64,000 nucleotides of DNA from Gemmatimonadaceae bacterium (lineage in GTDB: Bacteria > Gemmatimonadota > Gemmatimonadetes > Gemmatimonadales > Gemmatimonadaceae): NCBI GenBank assembly GCA_044224875.1, contig JBGAJQ010000006.1:76802-140801 (forward strand). Direction: 5' to 3'. Both the position numbers and the translations under genes were made by a program. Positions 58,899-64,000 of the stretch are shown here, piece after piece (within the stretch, counting starts at the first letter, position 1; every line of letters begins with the position of its first letter). The notes below the pieces were generated by a model. It did no database searches. It was given only the letters and a program-made list of their open reading frames with translations, and was not told the DNA's origin.

Positions 58899-59095
58899 GG
58901 GGCCTCCTTCGTCGCGCGACCGCGGGAGTCGGTAAGATGGCCCGTGGGTGCTTGCGGCGGCTGGCCGTGGAGCACGAATCGGACCGGGCAGGAGGCACTG
59001 GACGCCACAGTGCCTAACGACCATGTGTGGCGCGGCGATCTCACGGTCGTCAGCGGTCGAACGCGAGGGCGAGTACTGTCCAACGGGACTGCCAT
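58895..59095 (-). CDS. Possible 66-aa leader ORF, translationally coupled to the threonine-synthase-like gene
   Basis: GGGGGAG-N9-ATG start; stop overlaps the next start (ATGA); no recognisable domain. Confidence 0.4.
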   Translation of the reverse strand: MAVPLDSTRPRVRPLTTVRSPRHTWSLGTVASSASCPVRFVLHGQPPQAPTGHLTDSRGRATKEAP

Positions 59096-59140
59096 GGTGG
59101 TGATCTCCCCCATCCGTCGCCCGGCGTCCTGGCCGCAGAC

Positions 59141-59172
59141 AACAAAAAATCCCGACGGCAGAGCCCCGGGAC
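59141..59172 (-). terminator. Attenuator terminator immediately downstream of the SAM-II aptamer
   Basis: Minus strand TCCCGGGGC-TCT-GCCGTCGGGA followed by TTTTTTGTT. Confidence 0.65.
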
Positions 59173-59176
59173 GGAT

Positions 59177-59229
59177 GGCTGTTTAGCGGTTGTTTATCGT
59201 GGCCGCAAGTTGCCGTAAATCGCCACGTG
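59177..59229 (-). ncRNA. SAM-II (SAM_alpha-type) riboswitch
   Basis: Minus strand CGTGGCGATTTACGGCAACTTGCGGCCACGATAAACAACCGCTAAACAGCC has P1 (CGTGG/CCACG) and the conserved GAUUU, UUGC, AUAAA and GCUAAA elements; upstream of sulfur-amino-acid genes. Confidence 0.82.
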
Positions 59230-59359
59230 TTCCGATTGTGAATTCGAGTCTATCGCGGGCGCGACAGGTGCGCAAGTGGCGTTGGCCGGTGAATGTCCTT
59301 TTGAAATCCCACGACCGATCGCGCCGGGCAAGGGTCACTCGCCGCGGGGCAGCCGCGGT

Positions 59360-60534
59360 TCACGATACGCGCGTCGTTTTCTTTCGCAGGAAGTCCATCA
59401 GGATGTACTGGCCCAACGTCATGGTGTTGGTGAAGTACGCCTTGCCACGAGACAGGGCAGACACGCGCTTCACGAACTCGACCAATGCGCGATCGTGCGC
59501 CAGCATGAAGGTGTTGATCACGATGCCAGACCGTCGGCACAGTGCGACCTCGCGGAGGGTCGCGGCAATGACGTCGCCATCCAGTCCCATGGCATTCTTG
59601 TAGATCTGGCCGTTGGGCATCGTTAGGGCGCTCGGCTTCCCGTCGGTAATCATGACGATCTGCCGCATGTCCTTCTTCTGGGCAAGCAATAGTCGGCGCG
59701 CGAGTCGCAAGCCCTCGGCGGTGTTGGTGTGGTAGGGTCCCACCTGAGCGCCCGCCAGCGTGGCAATGGGAATCTCTTCAGCGGAGTCATGAAAGAGCAC
59801 GACCTTGATCGTGTCCCCAGGAAACTGCGTGCGTATCAGGTGGGTCAGGGCGAGGGCCACCTTCTTTGCCGGCGTGAAACGATCCTCGCCGTACAGGATC
59901 ATCGAGTGCGAGCAGTCGAGCATGAGGACGGTGGCACAAGAGGATCGGTACTCCGCCTGACGAACCATGAGGTCGTCGTAGTCCAGGTCGAGCGGCACCT
60001 CGAGCGAGCCACGAGCCAGCGCATGCTTGAGCGTTTCGTTGACGTCGAGATTCAGTACATGTGGCGGAGTGCGCGATAACCCAGGAAGTCAATTCCCTTG
60101 TCTGTGAGCCGGAACTCGACGTCGCGCGCGGCCGCGCGGGCCACGCCACCTGGTCCTTCCACCGCGCGATGTGTGTCCGGAACCTGCGGTGGCGCCTCCG
60201 TGGTGAGGTAGCCGGCCTCGGCCAGGCGTTGCACCAGGGCATCGAGCAACGCGGAGAGCTTGGCTTGCGCGACTTCGTCGTCGCCGCCTCGCAAGGCCTC
60301 GAGCATCTCAGGCGTGAACTGACCGCTCTCGATGAGTGCGTCGAGGATCGCCTGCTTAAGCGCTTCCAGCGACTTATCGGCATCCTCACCCGTCTCGCCC
60401 CACCACGGATGGGAATGCGGTCCACCGGCGAATCCGGACTGTAGCAGGAAGTCGGCCAGTTGCTCGAGCAGCGATTCCAGATCAACCGCGTCGGCCGCTT
60501 CGGGACTGAACTTCGTGTAAGTATGAGACCGCAC
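59360..60534 (-). pseudogene. vWA-domain protein (partner of the MoxR/ChlI-like AAA ATPase), split by a frameshifting deletion near 60055
   Basis: 5' part ...[15 protein letters not shown] then stop; another frame resumes with [13 protein letters not shown]... and has the MIDAS motif LDCSHSM, TNT and ITDG. Confidence 0.75.
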
Positions 60535-60643
60535 GCTCGACTCCTCGCGACTGGCTGGCCGTGCACGCACGCTCCTGAGACATAGGATGCGCGCCGCGGT
60601 GGCGCAACCGCGCGCAGGGTGTCGCTCATGTATTTTGTGAGGC

Positions 60644-61873
60644 GTGAGCGTTCCCTCGACATCGCTGAACCCGTTTCGCGTACTGGTCACACACCGGAAC
60701 TTCCGGCAATTCTGGTTCGGGCAGACGCTTTCCCTGATCGGCACGTGGATGCAGTCGATGGGGCAGGGATGGCTGGCGCTGCAGCTATCGAATAGCGCGT
60801 TCGTCGTTGGGCTCGTGGCTGCGGCTGGCTCCCTGCCGATCCTGCTGTTCTCCCTGTATGCCGGGGTGCTGGTGGATCGAGGGAACAAGCTGCGACTGGT
60901 CAAGGTGGCGCAGTCGCTCTTGTTGACCGAGGCGGCGGTGCTCTGGTGGTTCACCTGGTCCGGACACATCACGATCCCGATCCTGCTCGCGCTAGCTCTG
61001 TTCGGCGGGTTGGTGGGCAGTGTCGAGATCCCCGCGCGTCAGTCGTTGATGATCGAGCTGGTTGGGCGGGATGACCTGCGCGACGCGATCGCGCTGAACT
61101 CGAGCGGATTCAACCTGGCGAGGATTATCGGGCCGTCGATCGGGGCGTTGATCGTCGCGCGGTTTGGCCTGGCGTGGTGCTTTGGGGTGAATGCGCTGAG
61201 TTACCTCACCGTGTTGATCGGTCTGGCCACCATTGTGCTGCCGCCGTTTACGGCGCCGGTGGTGACGACATCGCCGTGGGCGGGCATGCGCGAAGGTGTC
61301 GCGTATGTCCTGTCGGACGTGCGTGTGCGAACGCTCGTGCAGATCGTCACGGTGTTTTCCGTGCTTGGGATTCCGTACCTGGCGCTGCTGCCGGTCTTGG
61401 CACGCGACCAACTGGGGCTAGGAGCCAGCGGGTACGGTTTGCTGCTGTCGTCCGTGGGTGTGGGCGGCCTAACGGGGGCGTTGAGTCTGGCGGCTGTGGG
61501 CCCGCGGATCGGCCGAGGGCGCTTGCTGACGGTATCGTCGCTTGGCTACGCGGCCTGCCTGCTCGTGCTGTCGTTGGTGCGCCGGCCGGCCCTGGCCGTC
61601 CCCGTGTTGCTTCTGACGGGATTCCTGATGATTGTCAACAACGCCTTGGCTAACGGATTGCTCCAGACGCTCGTCCCAGACGAGTTTCGTGGACGCTTGA
61701 TGTCGATCTACTCGATCATCGCGGTGGGCATGCCGCAGGTGATCGGAGCATTTGGCGCTGGGCTCGTGGCGCGTCTGATCGGTGTCGATTGGGCGATCGG
61801 GGGCGCCGCCGTCACCATGCTACTGTACGGCGCGTGGGCGTTTCGTCGGCACCCCGACGTTCGCCGTCTCTAA
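60644..61873 (+). CDS. MFS transporter (EntS/DUF894-like)
   Basis: RNFRQFWFGQ.LS.IGTWMQ, AIALNS..FNLARIIGP and RGRLMS motifs; 12 TM helices. Confidence 0.9.
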   Translation: MSVPSTSLNPFRVLVTHRNFRQFWFGQTLSLIGTWMQSMGQGWLALQLSNSAFVVGLVAAAGSLPILLFSLYAGVLVDRGNKLRLVKVAQSLLLTEAAVLWWFTWSGHITIPILLALALFGGLVGSVEIPARQSLMIELVGRDDLRDAIALNSSGFNLARIIGPSIGALIVARFGLAWCFGVNALSYLTVLIGLATIVLPPFTAPVVTTSPWAGMREGVAYVLSDVRVRTLVQIVTVFSVLGIPYLALLPVLARDQLGLGASGYGLLLSSVGVGGLTGALSLAAVGPRIGRGRLLTVSSLGYAACLLVLSLVRRPALAVPVLLLTGFLMIVNNALANGLLQTLVPDEFRGRLMSIYSIIAVGMPQVIGAFGAGLVARLIGVDWAIGGAAVTMLLYGAWAFRRHPDVRRL

Positions 61874-62505
61874 CGCTCCGCCGACCATCCACGGGAACGG
61901 GCGGCGCGCAGGACAGCGTCGATGCTGCCGGCAATGCCCAGTGTCTCGGTATTCAGGCACAGGTCGTAGTGCGTGGCATCCCGTAATTCCCGGTGCCAGT
62001 TGAGACGCACGAACTGCTCACGCTGGCGGTTGACGTCCTGGACGCGCACGTGCGCCGCGGCGAGCGCGATGTGCTCGCGGGCCGCGACGCGCGCCGCCAA
62101 GGCATCACGCGGCGCCAGGCAAAAGACGTGCAGTGCGTCCTGTCGGTTGGCTAGGCACGACTGGGCACCACGCCCCACTACGACCACCGGTCCGCGAGCC
62201 ACGGCCTCGTCGATGACGGCCTTGGTTACCTCCAGCAGCCGACTCTCCGTTGGCGGCAAGCTGGCGTGCAGCGACGCCGAGACGACCTCGCCGCTTCCGA
62301 AGGCCAAGGCATCGGCGAACCGTTCGGCGAGGGTCGGCGGCCGCTCCTCGATTGCCTGCACATGCGCGGGAGTGGCGTGCAGGGACGCCGCGACGCGTTC
62401 CACCATCGCGCTGTCGAGCAGCGTCCAGCCGAGTTCACGTGCTACGCCAGCTGCAACCTCGGACCCACCAGAGCCAAAGAGCCGCGAAATCGTGATGACG
62501 GGCAT
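61870..62505 (-). CDS. Cytidylate-kinase-like family protein
   Basis: VITISRLFGSGG, VVVGRGA and YDLCLNT motifs. Confidence 0.88.
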   Translation of the reverse strand: MPVITISRLFGSGGSEVAAGVARELGWTLLDSAMVERVAASLHATPAHVQAIEERPPTLAERFADALAFGSGEVVSASLHASLPPTESRLLEVTKAVIDEAVARGPVVVVGRGAQSCLANRQDALHVFCLAPRDALAARVAAREHIALAAAHVRVQDVNRQREQFVRLNWHRELRDATHYDLCLNTETLGIAGSIDAVLRAARSRGWSAER

Positions 62506-62511
62506 GTGATG

Positions 62512-63984
62512 CTAGGCCGACAAGCCGCCGCCAAACATGTCCTGGCCGGGCCGTCGGCGTCCCTCGTGCGGTGGACGCGTGTACTGACCGGAGTCGGTGC
62601 GGGAAATCTTCCGTCGGGCGACGAGTGACTCGAGGATCAGTTCGCACGCCGCGGCGGCCACCGGGGCATCGCCCTCCACGGCAAGCCCAACCCGATGCAC
62701 CAGATCCACCAGGCCCGGGACTGTGCCAAACGCGCGATACATCGTGACGGCATCGACTTCATCCGTCACCTGCAACGCCGCGCCGGCATCGAACCACATC
62801 ACCATGTCATCGGTGTTCGAGCCTCCCGCACGGGCACGGAACGTCGCATCAGCGGCACGCCGAATGAGCTCCCGGGCAATCGTGGCCGCCCCCACCAGTT
62901 CGCCCTCGTACTCCAGCTCGATCTTGCCGGTGATGGCCGGCAAGGCCGTGTAGAGGTCCGAGAGCCTCGGGACGACCTCGGCTTCGCCCAACCGGATGGC
63001 CCGGCGTTCGGCGTTGGAGATGACATTCTCCAGCAGGGAGATTGGCATGCGCTGTGAGACGCCGGAGCGCCGATCGACGCGCTTGTCGACGCGCGCCTCG
63101 AAGGCAACGCGCTCTACGACTTCAGAGAGGAAGTCCGGTATGCGCATCGGGAGGGCGCCGCGCTGGGTCCATGCTTCCTGAGCCGTGATCGCCATGCCGA
63201 GTTCGACCGATTCAGGATAGTGCGTCACAACCTCAGAACCGATGCGATCCTTGAGTGGCGTGATGATCTTGCCACGCGCCGTGTAGTCCTCCGGATTCGC
63301 GGTGAAACAAAGCATCACGTCGAGCGGCAGTCGGACAGGATATCCTTTGATCTGGACGTCGCCCTCCTGCATGATGTTGAAGAGTCCGACCTGCACCTTT
63401 CCCGCGAGGTCTGGCAGTTCGTTCAAGGCAAAGATGCCGCGGTTCGCGCGCGGCAACATCCCGTAATGCATCGTCAGCTCATCCGAGAGGACGTGGCCCC
63501 CTCGAGCGGCTCGTATCGGATCCACATCTCCGATGACGTCTGCAATCGTCACATCCGGCGTCGCCAGCTTCTCGACATAGCGCGCATCTCGTTCCACCCA
63601 AGCGATCGGCGTTTCATCTCCCAACTCCGTGATGCGTTGCCGAGCGTACTTCGAGATCGGAGCGTACGGGTTGTCGTTCACCTCGCTCCCCTCGATGATG
63701 GGAACTGCGTCATCGAGCAAGGAGGTCAGTGCGCGCAGGATCCTTGATTTTGCTTGCCCGCGGAGGCCGAGGAGGATGAAGTGATGTCGAGAGAGCAATG
63801 CGTTTACGATCTGCGGCATCACCGTGTCGTCGTAACCGAGAACGCCGGGAAAGAGCGAATCGCCGCCCCGCAACCGGGCAAGCAGGTTGTCGCGCACCTC
63901 GTTCTTTACGGATCGCAACACTCGCTGTCGGCTGCCGACTGGCGAACGGCGCAGCTCGCCCAGCGTGCGAGGAAGACTAGTCAC
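62512..63984 (-). CDS. Magnesium-chelatase-like / MoxR-type AAA+ ATPase
   Basis: LLGLRGQAKSR, EKLATPD, ANRGIFALNELPDL and TANPEDYT.RG motifs. Confidence 0.88.
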   Translation of the reverse strand: MTSLPRTLGELRRSPVGSRQRVLRSVKNEVRDNLLARLRGGDSLFPGVLGYDDTVMPQIVNALLSRHHFILLGLRGQAKSRILRALTSLLDDAVPIIEGSEVNDNPYAPISKYARQRITELGDETPIAWVERDARYVEKLATPDVTIADVIGDVDPIRAARGGHVLSDELTMHYGMLPRANRGIFALNELPDLAGKVQVGLFNIMQEGDVQIKGYPVRLPLDVMLCFTANPEDYTARGKIITPLKDRIGSEVVTHYPESVELGMAITAQEAWTQRGALPMRIPDFLSEVVERVAFEARVDKRVDRRSGVSQRMPISLLENVISNAERRAIRLGEAEVVPRLSDLYTALPAITGKIELEYEGELVGAATIARELIRRAADATFRARAGGSNTDDMVMWFDAGAALQVTDEVDAVTMYRAFGTVPGLVDLVHRVGLAVEGDAPVAAAACELILESLVARRKISRTDSGQYTRPPHEGRRRPGQDMFGGGLSA

Positions 63985-64000
63985 AGGACGTATTTCCTTC

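Noticed and set aside
528..61474. GTTAGG motif read as telomere-like repeats, a CRISPR repeat or REP elements
   Set aside because: Copies are isolated, mostly intragenic, never tandem or regularly spaced, and not palindromic
1..64000. Mobile elements, prophage, defence systems, tRNA/rRNA, PEP-CTERM/exosortase
   Set aside because: No transposase, integrase, phage, nuclease, structural-RNA or exosortase signature was recognised

Overview
GC-rich (roughly two-thirds G+C by eye), gene-dense bacterial DNA; gene content and protein style suggest Gemmatimonadota (inference only). Positions 1-47 kb are one very large cell-surface glycan locus. It holds about eight multi-pass GT-C-like membrane proteins, two polyprenol-phosphate-type GT2s, a decaprenyl-phosphate phosphoribosyltransferase (UbiA family), two YbhN-type flippase domains (one fused to a methyltransferase) and a Wzx-like flippase. 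It also has an RfbF/RfbG/C-methyltransferase branched-sugar pathway, two pyranose-mutase-like flavoproteins, tandem Ig-repeat/GH-A lipoproteins, GT4/GT2/deacetylase genes, a priming sugar transferase, an SLBB export protein and Wzc. Next come signalling genes (REC-degenerate GGDEF, sigma54 activator, soluble histidine kinase, active GGDEF), then housekeeping genes (TauE, gltA, short mutY), a SAM-II riboswitch-led threonine-synthase-like / sulfur-carrier / MoeB-rhodanese operon, a broken vWA gene, an MFS, a cytidylate-kinase-like gene and an AAA ATPase. The most unusual signal is a non-palindromic octamer, CGTTAGGC / GCCTAACG (core GTTAGG), found about 35 times across the whole window and often written into genes through otherwise rare codons. 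Clusters of indels at about 44.2-44.4 kb, 47.4 kb and 60.05 kb suggest either local sequencing error or real gene decay. No rRNA, tRNA, CRISPR array or mobile element was seen.
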